A DNA stretch of 64,000 nt from positions 14,136,001 through 14,200,000 of the forward strand of contig OZ024746.1 of NCBI GenBank assembly GCA_964016885.1, in the 5' to 3' direction. Every line of letters begins with the position of its first letter. Within the stretch, counting starts at the first letter, position 1. This stretch comes from Eledone cirrhosa. Taxonomy: Eukaryota. A model generated the notes under the pieces. It saw only the letters and a list, made by a program, of their open reading frames with translations. It searched no databases and was not told the origin of the DNA. The position numbers were made by a program, and so were the translations under genes. Of the stretch, positions 1 through 13,301 are shown one piece after another.

Positions 1-14
1 TACCGTTCTACCTT

Positions 15-202
15 CGGTGGATTGGCAGTATCGGTAGAGTGTCGGACGCCATGCTTTCCAGCATAGTTACGTCCCTTTACGGTCTCACTTCAAATCCCGT
101 GGAGGTTAACTTTGCCTTTCATCCGTACGGGGTCGATAAAATAAAGTACCAGTAATGAACTGGTAATTGCTGGCGTTGTGCCAAAAGTAGAAACAATTAT
201 TA
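15..202 (+). mobile_element. tRNA-derived SINE, family A, near full length
   Basis: A-box-like TGGCAGTATCGG, decayed B-box TTCAAATCCC, central ACTTTGCCTTTCATCC..GGGGTCGATAAAATAAAGTACCAG and tail TTGTGCCAAAAGTAGAAACAATTATT; about 12 homologous copies in the window. Confidence 0.9.
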
Positions 203-1480
203 GTAAGTATTGACATCACGCATTGACGTCATATAAAAGATATTCAAGGTGCTATTCACAGATAAAACAACACTCTTTTGACAAAGTTCGATATATATTT
301 CGATATATATATATAAAAGATAGGGAAATGGTGTTATTACAAAATATATAATTTCCACTTCAAATATTTATATTCAGCGCAAACCTTATAAATGACACAA
401 GAGTGAGTATAACAAGAGAGGCGTATGTAGAAAATGAAATGATGTAACTCCATCTCTAATGTTATATAATTTTTTTTATTGTTTTCTCTAGTACTGTTTG
501 TGTATTTCATATCGGATATTGTTGCATGAAAACTGACGTCTAATTAAACCAACAGAATATACTACTGTATCGAAAAACTCACTTCACTTGCCGAGTGAGG
601 AAATACATTGAGCTCTAAAATTCTGGCGAAACATTTACCTAGAGTATTTGTTCCTGTTAATATATACGTCTATATGTCGTGTAAGAGTATGAGAGCATTG
701 TATATGTGTCCTGGTTGACGTATACATTTCATATAAATGATTGTGTTGTTGATACTGTAACCACATACGCTTCTCTATTGTCTTTGTATAAGATATGAAT
801 GTCTCTAATTTAATCCTTTTGTCATATAAACCTACATAGTTGTATCTATGAAGGAAATTAACATTATGAAATATAAAACGCGCCACTGAATCTAATTTTC
901 TGTCAGATTTACTTATAGAAGTTATTGGTACTATGTAATATTTATAACGGTGTTATACATTATTAGATATTTCAGGGTTCTGATTTCGTCTGGAACACTA
1001 TATTAACCTGAAGCAGGGAGAGAAAACAACAGACATTGAATTAATAAAGTTGTGTAACGCTCAACTCAGCATCAGTATTGTTTTGTTTCTAGAAAATTCA
1101 GTTTCAGTAATTTTCTTTATGATTACAAATTTATTTGCTGCTTTTCCGAAAATGTTTACCTGCAAGTTTTTGATAGCAAAGTACTTGATTAATTTTTCAT
1201 TCGTGGAATAATAGAATCTGAATTATCAGAAAAGTGATAAGTAGAAAGAAATGAAAAACAAGGAAATAAAACAAGGCTAATATTGTAAAATTATAATCCG
1301 TTAGAAATGACAAATACAATTAGTGAAGCATTTTCAGTGGCTTCTATCAGAACAAAAGATTACTAAATGATATTCTTAAAACTGAGATAATCCTATATAA
1401 TATAATAAATATAATTATCCTCACGGAAAAAAAAAATGCGGGAATCAGTATGAATTTATGAAATTTCAAATAATAAGTCT

Positions 1481-1535
<55 letters not shown>

Positions 1536-1537
<2 letters not shown>

Positions 1538-1712
1538 AAAAAGTATGACCCCGACGGCAGAGCTCAAGCCGTTTCGACGGCTAGTCTAGAAATAGCCGTC
1601 GAAACGGCTTGAGCTCTGCCGTCGGGGTCATACTTTTTCCCACTCTACTACCCTAAGTATTGAGTACTCTGGTGCGTTATGGTCCATCTGGTTCCTTACC
1701 ACAATTCCTTTG

Positions 1713-1714
<2 letters not shown>
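1536..1714. mobile_element. (TA)n-embedded fold-back element, family H, copy 1
   Basis: Perfect 48-bp inverted arms 1536-1583/1593-1640 followed by a ~70-bp unique tail; flanked by (TA)n on both sides; homologues at 20714, 20958, 52831 and 63974. Confidence 0.8.
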
Positions 1715-1775
<61 letters not shown>

Positions 1776-1779
<4 letters not shown>

Positions 1780-2416
1780 TATGTATACGTACATACATAT
1801 ATGTATACAGACGTACAGTAGTATGTATATATATACATACATGCACACATATATATATGTACGTATGGATTTACCGAACATTTATTATAATGCTCGGTGT
1901 GTTTGTAAACAAACATTCCGTTTATCGTTTTCGGTGCGCCCGGCCGATTAACTCACTCGATATGCAAATTAGGCTGCTCAGCCGTTAATATGCATAAGGA
2001 AGTATATACTTTCAGACGTTCAATCATCTGGCAGGAAGGTATACGATGCTGACGATAGCTAATAAGCTTGAAATTAGTACATCGTTCCTTTGTCAGTGTT
2101 GAACAAAAGGGCAACGATGGTTGCTAAACACTGTACGGCTTAATTCGGGATGTTTGTTTACAAACACACCGAGCATTATAATAAATGTTCGGTAAATCCA
2201 TACGTATATATAAACATTATCCAGATATCTTCTTTTTCTTCTTCTTCTTCTTCTTCTTCTTCTTCTTCTTCTTCTTCTTCTTCTTCTTCTTCTTCTTCTT
2301 CTTCTTCTTCTTCTTCTTCTTCTTCTTCTTCTTCTATATGTGTGCATGTATGTATATATATATACATACTACTGTACGTCTGTATACATATATGTATGTA
2401 CGTATACATACTTATA
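1776..2416. repeat. Inverted duplication (arms ~1776-1920 / 2146-2416) with a (TTC)n-containing insertion in the right arm
   Basis: GGATTTACCGAACATTTATTATAATGCTCGGTGTGTTTGTAAACAAACAT and its reverse complement; the flanking TATG-type sequence is also mirrored. Confidence 0.85.
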
Positions 2417-2470
2417 TTTAAGTAACAGCCGTACTAAGAGTGAGAAATGAAATTTCGTTTCATTTTTTCC

Positions 2471-2471
<1 letters not shown>

Positions 2472-2564
<93 letters not shown>

Positions 2565-2716
2565 GTGTGTGTGCATGTATGTGTGCGCGTGTGTGTATGT
2601 GTGTGTATGTATGTGTATGTATGTATGTGTGCGTGCACGTATGTGTGCGCGTGTGCGTATGTATGTATATGTGTGTATTGTGTGTGTGTGTGTGTGTGTG
2701 TGTGTTTGTGTGTGTT
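2472..2716. repeat. (TA)n/(TG)n compound microsatellite
   Basis: Directly visible. Confidence 0.95.
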
Positions 2717-3194
2717 AGACTTTCATACCCCGTTATACCGCTAATAAAACACAGTAACAGTAAATAAAACAAACTATAGGAATCACAAAAATACATTATT
2801 GAAACGAAAGAATGGAATTATTTTCAACAACAATAATATGGAATGATAAAAATACATGTTATTTGCATATTATTTTAGAATTACGTGACTTTCGTTTCAC
2901 ATACAATTAGTTGTATACTAATAGCGTTTCTATTTAGTGTTTGGCATATTAAGAAGACTTTCTAGAGATAATAGATTTAGTTAGTGAAGTAATTAACTTG
3001 GACGAAAGACCTTAACAGGATTCAGTTGAAAAAGAAATTAAGCAACACACACATACACAGATAGACAGACACACACACAGGCACACAGACACAACACATA
3101 CACAGATACACACACGCACACACAGAGATACATACACACGCACACACACACACACACACACACAGCACATTCACAGACCTCCAATAGATGACTT

Positions 3195-3260
3195 GTAGTT
3201 TATTTATCGACCCCGAAACGATGGGATGCATAGTTGACCTTGGTATAACTTAACTCAGAC
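3195..3260 (-). mobile_element. Degenerate family A-related SINE fragment
   Basis: TTTATCGACCCCGAAACGATG...AGTTGACCTTGG...AACTCAG resembles the reverse-strand SINE core. Confidence 0.55.
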
Positions 3261-3418
3261 CTATACAGAGGAAGGAATATTTGCTTTGTTTAGACATTGA
3301 ACTATCATCTTTTTAAAGCGGATTATACGAACAATATGTTATATAAGTTGTAAGAAGGAAGAAAATCATTGACCAATATGATACTTTTCTTCGATTTATA
3401 TAGGAAATAGATATGTGG

Positions 3419-3710
3419 TTTGATGCCGAGTGCTACACGGCTGGAATGGAAATCGATGTTGCGAAAACAGACACTCATCCTCCCAAGGAAGCCTGCGTAC
3501 TCACTCTACATGTGAATAGAGTTCCACTGAAGTAAGAGAAGTTCAAGTTTCTCGTGGCCGTACTCACACGTGATGAAAGGTATGTGACTGAATTAAGTGC
3601 TTGCCGGTGCTAGTGTAGTAATTGGCCAGCTTCAGCATTCGGTAAACAGAAGCTAGACAGGTGTAAAAGCCAGACTCGCTATCTTCAATTCGGCATTCGT
3701 GCCAACCCTG
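3419..3710 (+). mobile_element. RTE-clade (Expander/Rex3-like) LINE reverse transcriptase relic
   Basis: Frameshifted translation FDAECYTAGMEIDVAKT..EKFKFL....TRDER..KARLAIFNSAFVPTL matches the recalled RTE pattern FAAECEAAGMRISTSK..EKFKYLG..KAKLSIF.SVFVPTL. Confidence 0.75.
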
Positions 3711-3724
3711 TGGATATAAGTGGC

Positions 3725-3827
3725 GAAGAAGAAGAAGAAGAAGAAGAAGAAGAAGAAGAAGAAGAAGAAGAAGAAGAAGAAGAAGAAGAAGAAGAAGAAG
3801 AAGAAGAAGAAGAAGAAGAAGAAGAAG
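3725..3827. repeat. (GAA)n microsatellite, ~34 units
   Basis: Directly visible; follows the RTE relic. Confidence 0.95.
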
Positions 3828-4875
3828 ATATCTGGATAATGTTTATTACAATTCAATTCTCTTTTTTATACTTAGTAAATGAAGTACTGATAATTTTAAA
3901 ATGACTCAGTATCTTTTCTCTGTAAGAGTGAACTAACAGCAATATGGACACCACACAGGGACTTTACTGAATGCGTGACTTCATAATTAAAAAACATCCT
4001 ATCTACTTCGAGTGAATGAGTGTCTCTAAAATCAATCAAGAACAACACAAACATCTATTTTGAAAAGTTTTTTTTTAAACTGTCAAAATAGATAATATGG
4101 TTAAATCGAAATCATTCTTGTTGATTTAGTGTTGCTGTCTTAGGCTACTTGGTTCATTTACATTGTCTTCCTTTGTGATCACACAGTTATATGAACAGGA
4201 AATGAAATACAATTCAGAGTAACGGTAATATAACTTTAACAACAAAACTACAATATCGAGAAATGTAGCTAATTCATATTTTGTCATTTTGACAAAAAGA
4301 ATGACAATAAGTGATTATTTTTACCAAACACGCTATTAAATTGTTGCATGCCTTTCCTAATATTTTTGTGATTATGAAGTGAAAAATTAAGTTTTTATCC
4401 TTCTATAATTTATTTTGTTTCATAATTTTATAATTTCTATTCTTTCTGGTAATCTTTATTTTAATTCAGCTGTTTTTTTGCCATTCAAAGATAATGAGTT
4501 TAAAACTTAATTTGTATGTTGAAACGAGATCTCATTAAACTGTCAGCTTATTTAAAGAACACCTTAACTATCAGTAAACTAATTGAAACAAAAGTTCTAA
4601 ATTTATATAAAATATATCTTCAGATCTAAAAGTCTCAATATTTAGCCGATAAGGCTAAATCGTTTCATTTCCGTCATGCAAAATTATAATATAAATTATG
4701 TATTAAATTTCATATTGACAAACAATTAAATTTATGTGATATTTTCAAAAGTAATTTCCTACCTTAATTAAACCATCTGAATATTTTATTCAGATGAATT
4801 AATTGCATCGTTTTCACAAATAATCATGAAACTCTGTGAACCTCAATTTAACACTATCATTTGATGCGACTAGAG

Positions 4876-5169
4876 CAGAGGTTTTGGGGCCACGTAATAC
4901 CCTCAACGCTCCCGCTCTATTTCCAGAAAACCTGTAAATTGTAAATAATATATAATAAATAAAATCGTTAATTTATATATAATAAATAATATAATATATA
5001 CTATGTATGAATAAATATTACATATTTTTTATTTTACTATATATATAATATGTATCATTTGATAGTTAATATACTGTTATATCATCTTTACCACCTCCTT
5101 AGACCCCAGTAGCCCCTTGGACTTTCTCAACGCCCCCGGGGGTGGTAGCGCCCACTTTGAAAACCTCTG
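4876..5169. mobile_element. hAT (Charlie-like) non-autonomous element/MITE
   Basis: TIRs CAGAGGTTTT / AAAACCTCTG; 8-bp TSD GACTAGAG (4868-4875) / GGCTAGAG (5170-5177), similar to the Charlie target consensus NTCTAGAN. Confidence 0.75.
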
Positions 5170-6279
5170 GGCTAGAGGAATATCAACAGATGCTCATTGA
5201 CCTTTACTGCCTCTATGGTGACCTTCATCACAACCTACAGACACACGGTAGAACAAATGTAATATACTCTATTGTACTCCATCTCTGCATTGACATCAAC
5301 TACACATATCTGAAATATAGAATCTGTGAAATATACGTATCGTCATATATCACAATGATTGTTACTACACAACAATACCAACCATTCAATACTAGAAGAA
5401 AGCATTATACTTCACTAAAAAATGCATTTGATAAAGCATACATATACTTACTCAAAACAAACAAAATCCACAATCACTCATGAATGCAAACACGCGCTTC
5501 CTCAGTATATTAGAATGAATACGCAATTTCCTGTCTGAAACGTGATTTGATTTTTATAAAATTTTCCACAACAATCTAAGACATTTTAGTTTCTTTATAT
5601 CTTGTGATAAATCGTACATATAGCTTACAGTATATTTTTATTGAGTGAATTATTTTCAACTTCCTGAAAGAAATAACTGCGTGACATTTCTAACGTATGA
5701 AGCATAAAAAATGACTGACCAACTTCATTTCCAAAGCATAATTAATTGACTTTTCTTCACGAGAAAAAATGGAACATAAAGGTTATGGTGTCTAACAAAG
5801 CCTTTGGGTGTTTCTTCTTTTTCACGAACTTCCATCTAATGCTATCTATATTATCTTTTCGTCATGAACAATAGACTAAATAGCTTCAAATAAGTAGTAA
5901 CATATATCTTCATTATCAGAAATAAACGTTTTATGTAAAAATCATCATTGTTGTCAACAGAAATATATTGCAGTATCTCCAGAGAAGGTCTTGATAAAAT
6001 ATAAAGATTCCTGTAACTATGAAGTCCGCCATAATAGAACGTTTGTGCCTACAATGCAACATATTCTAAAGAACAAAGACCCAACAGTACTTCTAAAACG
6101 AAATATAGGACGATATTAACTCTGCATAAAAAAGTAGCCACAAAATATCCTATATACAGTGTCCAGTCTTTTCATTTTGCGCTTACTACACGAGTAGGAT
6201 TATGTTTATGATAACAGATTTTCAAATAAGCTAAATGGATTGTTATTAAATGAAATTATATAGAACATACTTAAACATA

Positions 6280-6392
<113 letters not shown>

Positions 6393-6750
6393 GTTTGATG
6401 TGGAGTAGCAAATTCACACAGATTTTTCGTCGAGTTCGTGTCACCTCCAGGAGGGTGTTGCTTCTTTCTAGGACGATGCAGGCCAATATCCACCTCTTGT
6501 GGGATCCTGGAAATCTTTACCATTAACGTCCTTGTTCCTAAATAAGATGTGTAGAGAACATATTTGTCGCTCCGACATGGTTAAATGGAGTGTTTTCTGG
6601 GCAGGGCGTTACTGATAAAGAGCACTGAACTGATCAGAAACTGCCTGGTGTTTGCGATGTGCTGTATGTAGGGCATTACAGTTTTCATTGCTGTTTCCAC
6701 GTCGGTTTGATTTGTTTGTGGACACCCGCTTAATAATAGTATTTAATAAT

Positions 6751-6936
6751 TGTTTCTAACTTTGGCACAAGGCCATCGATTGTCAGTACATTACTGGTAC
6801 TTTATTTTATCGACCCCGCAAGGATGAAAGGCAAAGTTAACCTCGGCGGGATTTGAACTCAGAATGGCAAGGGCCGTAACTCTATGCGTCAAAGCAAGGC
6901 GTCCGACCCTCTACTGATACTGCTAATCCACCGCCT
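6751..6936 (-). mobile_element. SINE family A, full length
   Basis: Homology to other copies; 17-bp TSD TAATAGTATTTAATAAT at 6734-6750 and 6937-6953. Confidence 0.92.
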
Positions 6937-8334
6937 TAATAGTATTTAATAATGACCCCCCAAAATGGAATTTGGCATTTCCTAATTTAGAATTCTTGTG
7001 ATGAAGAGATGCAAATGCAATAAAAGTGACGGGATGAAGGAAAGATACGAGAGAATGGCACATATGGATATAGATATGTGGAGTATTTGGTAGCTGAGGG
7101 TACAAAAGATGGATTAATGAAAACATCATGAAAGAGAATCTGCAACGGGCAAAATCTTATTAAAAACTAAGCTCAATGTTATATTTACTATCAGCAACAG
7201 GATGCCAACAGCAGTATTCATCATCAGATATAGCGCAGAAATAATAAAATTAACAAAAGAAGAAATGTTACATAGAAATGTTAGAAATGTTAGATAGAAA
7301 AAAAAAAAAAGTATTGACAATAAATAGAGCCTTACACATGAATAATAACAATGTGAACAGTAACATTAATCATTCAGGAAAAAAATGAATGTGAAGATGC
7401 CCTCCCTAAAAACCTCGGCCCAAAATTCCACACACAGCTCTTTACCTGTACAGGCCTGCTTCAGTTGAATATTAAGACTCACACAGTACATGCTACATAA
7501 ATGACATATGATACATACAAGCTATAACATCTTTATAATAATATACACATTCGTTTCAATTTCGAAGATATATTGATTGTAATTTGGAAGAGTATTGGAA
7601 ATTAATTTTAGCATTTCAAGAATCTCCCCAGTTGGCTGGTAGCAGAATGGTGTATATGATTTGCCGAAAGAAAGTGAAACACTTAAGTGCATAAAAAATC
7701 GAAGAATATATTATGATGATACGTATATTATAAATTTCATTTTCAAAACACCTTAAGTGCTGGAAAATGTTCCAGGCAGAGTAAAAGGTGAAGGATCCTT
7801 TACATTGTTTTGCTCAGGATACTTTGCAAATATGTTTAAAAGGTGTTGTTAGAAATTTAAAGCCTACGTACACTCTCTACATGAAATATTCACAATTTAT
7901 GCTTTGTCGTTTGGCAATTTTTCACAGATCATTTGCTATCACCTTTTCTCTAGAGATGGGATTTAATGGCGTGAGAAAGATGTTTCCAAGAAGCTAATGT
8001 ATTTCAAATATGTGTTCATTTAACCCTACTGATTACTTTTTTGTTATTCTTTATTTTATCGCTATTGGAATTATTTAGAGAATCAATAATTTTCAATTTG
8101 CAGCATAAAATAAAATCATCGCCTACATTCACTTATTCATAAAGTGATTTGTTTAATTCTCTTCCAAATATGTATCCGTGTTATATATATATATATAAAC
8201 ATATTCAGTGTTTTCCAGTGTTGTGAACAGGAGGTGAGCCGCTGAAACTCCAGAGTATCAGGCTACTTGAACAGTCTTATTGAATCAACACATTCACACA
8301 AACACACACCACACACACACGTGCGCGAGTGCAT

Positions 8335-8416
<82 letters not shown>

Positions 8417-8447
8417 GACTCACAGCTGTGACGGCGTGGGGAAAGTA

Positions 8448-8632
8448 CAGACCTGCCAACCTTTAAAAACCCGAACGGGGAGTATCATGAAGAAAAGTGC
8501 CACAAAACAGGGAGAAATGAGGCAAAATGGGGAGATTTTACATAATGAAAGCTATACCCATTTTTACGAGAGAAGACATCTCTCACCCACACCAAAGTGG
8601 GTGGGAGATCTCCCCGTCGGACGGGGAGAGTT
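8448..8632. mobile_element. Probable hAT-Tip100-like non-autonomous element with truncated right end
   Basis: Begins CAGACCTGCCAACC, has repeated GGGAGA subterminal motifs, ends ...GGGGAGAGTT where GGCAGGT would complete the TIR. Confidence 0.4.
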
Positions 8633-8648
8633 TACTTTTTCTTCGGTG

Positions 8649-8716
8649 AAGATCGAAAGTCGGAGGTCCGAAATTGATCAGATACCGTCGTAGTTTCGAC
8701 CGTAAACGATGCCAAC
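8649..8716 (+). pseudogene. Dispersed 18S rRNA fragment (~68 bp)
   Basis: AAGATCGAAAGTCGGAGGTCCGAAATTGATCAGATACCGTCGTAGTTTCGACCGTAAACGATGCCAAC closely matches the conserved eukaryotic 18S segment AAGAACGAAAGTCGGAGGTTCGAAGACGATCAGATACCGTCGTAGTTCCGACCATAAACGATGCCGAC. Confidence 0.88.
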
Positions 8717-9675
8717 CACTAGTATTTGGTAAGTATTTAAAGTAATTTAAAGTTGTGGTATTAAATGTGTCTTTAACTATATAAGAATAGGCTTTAATTA
8801 CCGATGGGTCTTACTAGAATTGGTGTTACGCGATACAATTTGAAGAAAATGTTTATGTGAACGACTGTTTATTTTGTTTGGGTAATAGATAACAGAAAAG
8901 TAGGATGTATAGGGCTTGTTTCAATGTTATGTAAGTGTACAGATAAACGGCATAATTTATGTTGAACCGGTAGTAGCATTGGGAAGGAAAGGTAGCAGAA
9001 TGATGGGTGGAGGAGGTTAGTATATAAATTCATGCATGAACCTACACATAAGGATTGCATAAATCTTGGGTTTCTATCACTTGAAACCGGATATACACAA
9101 ATACATGCATGCAACAATGCCTGCAACATTCAAATACAGATAAAAAGTCTATGTATACATAAGTATAAAGAGTAGGCTAGCGTTCTTTTAGAGAAAGAGC
9201 ACCAATACGATGATGCTAGACAGTGTATGGAAGGATTGAATGCCAATAACCTAATATAGTTGGTACATCCGGTTGACTTAATAAACATTACGAAATTTTG
9301 AAATTTGAGATGTAGTAAACTACATTTCAAATATCCTAAGTCTAGCGGCAGTCTACACTTATAGCTGCAGATTCAAAATCTTTAAAAGACGATAAACAAG
9401 GTCCAGGGATTCCTTAGCGTAATGTTTTATGCTTTCGCTCCGCATCCGAGAGATACAAGGTTCGTTTCCACACAGATACCTCTGTCTAATGTTCTCCGTC
9501 TCCAGGAGTTATCTTCCTGATTTTTCAAATATAATTTATAGAGATCGTCCACCATTATAGTCAACTGCTTTGGGGCGACTGCATTACAAATTTAAGATTT
9601 TCCTAATGTTTGTTAAGTCAACTAGATGTTTACTCACACATTAACACACACATGTATATATACTGATTTATTTAT

Positions 9676-9707
9676 AAACCTAAACCAAGATACACACACA
9701 CACACAC

Positions 9708-9743
<36 letters not shown>

Positions 9744-9779
9744 GTGTGTGTGTGTGTGTGTGTATCTCGGTTTAGGTTT
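9676..9779. repeat. Palindrome centred on (TA)n
   Basis: AAACCTAAACCAAGATA(CA)n-CG..(TA)n..CG(TG)n-TATCTCGGTTTAGGTTT. Confidence 0.75.
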
Positions 9780-11261
9780 GACTGTGAATGTATATGTAAG
9801 TTATAAACTGCCCCCATACCCAAAAGCATACAGAATCGTGCATATATTATCGATCCATCAAGGTTACATTACTATATGTAAATGGCAAGGTGGTCTTATA
9901 GTTTGTAATAAAGATAAAACGAAAGAGTAAATATAGAAAACTTATGATTCAGTTTCTCTTTGAAGTAAGAATAAAGATTCTATGTATAATATACATGACG
10001 TCTGTATTAATCTATGACAAGCACCAGCCACGTTTGTGAAGAATTCATAGAAATTAGGAAGTTACATAAGAATATCCAGAAATATATCCAGACAGTAGTA
10101 ACATATACTAGTCCAAAGCTTATATGTTTTCACAAAAATTAGTGACTAATATAGACCTAATATGATCTATTCAACAGTGAATTTCAAGGTAAATCATATT
10201 TTACAAGCTTAAGCAGGTGAAAAAGAATGAACCACAAAAATTCGTGTAATGATTTGAAAACACACAGAATGTTTTTTTATAGATGTCCAAATTATTTCTA
10301 CACACTTTTTAGACCTTACCAGATTAATTGAAAATACCTTAAAATTCAAAAGTTCATTGAATATTCATACATGTAGGCTTTTGCAACTGTAATTTTTCCT
10401 ATATGTGATAGATATATTAATATGTTAGAAAGATATGTGACTTACCTTTGTTGAAGGTCTTTCATATGTTCTGAGAAGAAAATCAATAATTCGTTCTGAT
10501 GTGTCGTAAATAAATCTAAAGTCTGGTGGCCTAGAGTAGTATTATTAACAAAAATCAAAGCCAAACATTCAGGCAAACATCATTTTCTATCCATCTATGA
10601 ACTTATCTTTTCAAAGCCATTTATATGTTCACGTATGAAAAGTTGGCAAACTACCAGATCTAAAGTTTTGGTTTGTATTAGTTTAGCAACAACAGTTAAG
10701 AAGGGCAATTTAATTGCTAACAGAGTTTACAAAAACATACTTCCATAAAATAATTGCTATTGTATTCTGTGGTCATCTGTTTATTTCTAAATGTTCATCT
10801 CCGCTCTATCTAAAGATTTAAAGTGCTTTAGAGTCCAAACAGACATATTTATTTTCAATTCGTCTTACCATTTCAGAATAAACTACTGACCTACCTGACG
10901 TATATAAGGAAATTATATTAATTCCTGGCATGTAACACTATGTTTGCATTTTTGATAAAAGTTTCCATACAACAGTTTAATAAAACATGAGTGTTTATGT
11001 ATATTTCCGCGCGAATTTCTTTTTCTGAAGACATACAAAATAAAAAGCACCAATTCTAGCATTCGTTACACAATACTAGATAATATACTATAATGATTCT
11101 AACGATTGTACAATATTAGATTACACCTAACAGTAAAACTGCACAATATATGTAGTACGGGATTGATTCAGTAGGAAATATACATAGCTTAACAATAAAT
11201 ACGGATATTTATATCAGAAAAGAAGTTGATAACGAATTTTAAAAAAAATTATTGTACATAA

Positions 11262-11620
11262 TGTATATAAGAATCGCGAATACAAGCGGCCGAAATGGGG
11301 TTCCGCTGAATAATCTTTGTAATAACATTACACGATAGAATGCGTAACACGGAGATCAGGGAGCCACTCCAAGTATAGCCGCTACTTTTCCACAGCTCCG
11401 GACATGTAATTAGAATGTCTAAGGAAAGAATCGATAGACAGATTTTACGAGCAAAGCCAATCGGCAGGAGATCCAGAATTCGACCACAAGCAAAATACTT
11501 GTAGAACATTCATAACCTCTGTTGGTTTCGCTTGGGGATCTAGGTGAATCAGTTAGAGGCAACTGCTCCTGATAGAGCCGTCTGTCTCCATGACCCCCAC
11601 AGGAATAAGGGAGTGAAGAA
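11262..11620 (+). mobile_element. RTE-clade LINE 3' end relic
   Basis: Decayed translation RIQAAEMGF..TLHDRMRNTEIRE..GHVIRMSKERIDRQILRAKPIGRRSRIRP..WFRLGI..LEATAPDRAV matches the RTE/Expander C-terminus. Confidence 0.82.
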
Positions 11621-11713
11621 AATATTAATTTTTTATTTATATTTATTGATACTATTTATCAAGTATATTTTTCATTTAGTCAGCAGTAAAAAAAACGGTT
11701 ATTATTATTTATC

Positions 11714-11804
11714 TAATAATTGTTTCTACTTTAGGCACAAGGCCAGCAATTACCCAGTAGTAGTAGTAATAGTAGTAGCAGTAGCAGCAGCAGCAGCAGC
11801 AGTA

Positions 11805-11853
<49 letters not shown>

Positions 11854-12040
11854 CAGCAGCAGCAGCAGCAGTAGTAGTAGGTAACATCTGTTAATAATTG
11901 TTTCTACTTTAGGCACAAGGCCAGCAATTACCCAGTACATTACTGGGTCTTTATTTTATCGACCCCTTAAGGATGAAAGGCAAAGTTAACCTCGGCGGGA
12001 TTTGCACTCAGACTGTAAAGGGACGCAACTATGCTAGAAA
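11714..12040 (-). mobile_element. 5'-truncated SINE family A with a duplicated 3' end separated by (GTA)n/(GCA)n
   Basis: TAATAATTGTTTCTACTTTAGGCACAAGGCCAGCAATTACCCAGTA occurs at ~11714 and ~11892. Confidence 0.85.
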
Positions 12041-12067
12041 GCAACTAATAATAACCGTTTTTTACTG

Positions 12068-12240
12068 CTGTGGATTGGCAGTATTGGTGGAGGGTCGGAC
12101 GCCATGCTTTGACGCAAAGAGTTCGGGGCCTTTCCATTCTGAGTTCAAATCCCGCCGAGGTTGACTTTGCCTTTCATCCTTACGGGGTCGATAAAATAAA
12201 GTGCCACTAATGCACTGGAGTAAGTGCTGGCCTTGTTTAT
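12068..12240 (+). mobile_element. SINE family A
   Basis: Head, B-box GAGTTCAAATCCC and core present; 3' end truncated. Confidence 0.88.
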
Positions 12241-12425
12241 TAACATATTAGGATCTATTACGGATCCGATGAAATGCTTTGAAAACGCTAAACATATCTG
12301 AGGACCTTGCGAATGCAGAGTCAGGTTCGATCTGTAATAGATCCTGCCTTGAGCTAATCGTCGGGGAAACATATGTAATATGTTAATAAATTGTGTTTTG
12401 ATGCATCACTGATTCCTCGTTATCT

Positions 12426-12619
12426 CTAATAATTGTTTCTACTTCTGGCACAAGGCCAGCAATTACCCAGTACATTACTGGCACTTTATTTTATGGACCC
12501 CGTAAGGATGAAAGGCAAAGTTGACCTCGGCGGGATTTGAACTCAGAATGGAAAGGGCCGTAACTCTATGCGTCAAACCATGACGTATCACGCTCTACCG
12601 ATACTGCCAATCCCCCGCC
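12426..12619 (-). mobile_element. SINE family A, full length
   Basis: Homology; TSD-like CCTCGTTATCT at 12415-12425 and 12618-12628. Confidence 0.9.
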
Positions 12620-12728
12620 TCGTTATCTAAAATAACATACTCTGCTCTGCGCGAGCATCGAGTGCTCAAACAGCATACCGCCTACGGATGCATTTATTGC
12701 AACATTTATACAACAACTATATATGTAT

Positions 12729-13202
<474 letters not shown>

Positions 13203-13207
<5 letters not shown>

Positions 13208-13231
13208 AAACAATTGTTGATAATTAGAATC

Positions 13232-13301
<70 letters not shown>

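Noticed and set aside
15-110. tRNA gene calls for SINE heads
   Set aside because: A/B boxes only, no cloverleaf, and always attached to a SINE body
6420-6730. Possible decayed non-LTR retrotransposon fragment; similar GC-richer patches at 24960-25330 and 40850-41380
   Set aside because: Only vague motif resemblance with no colinear diagnostic motifs
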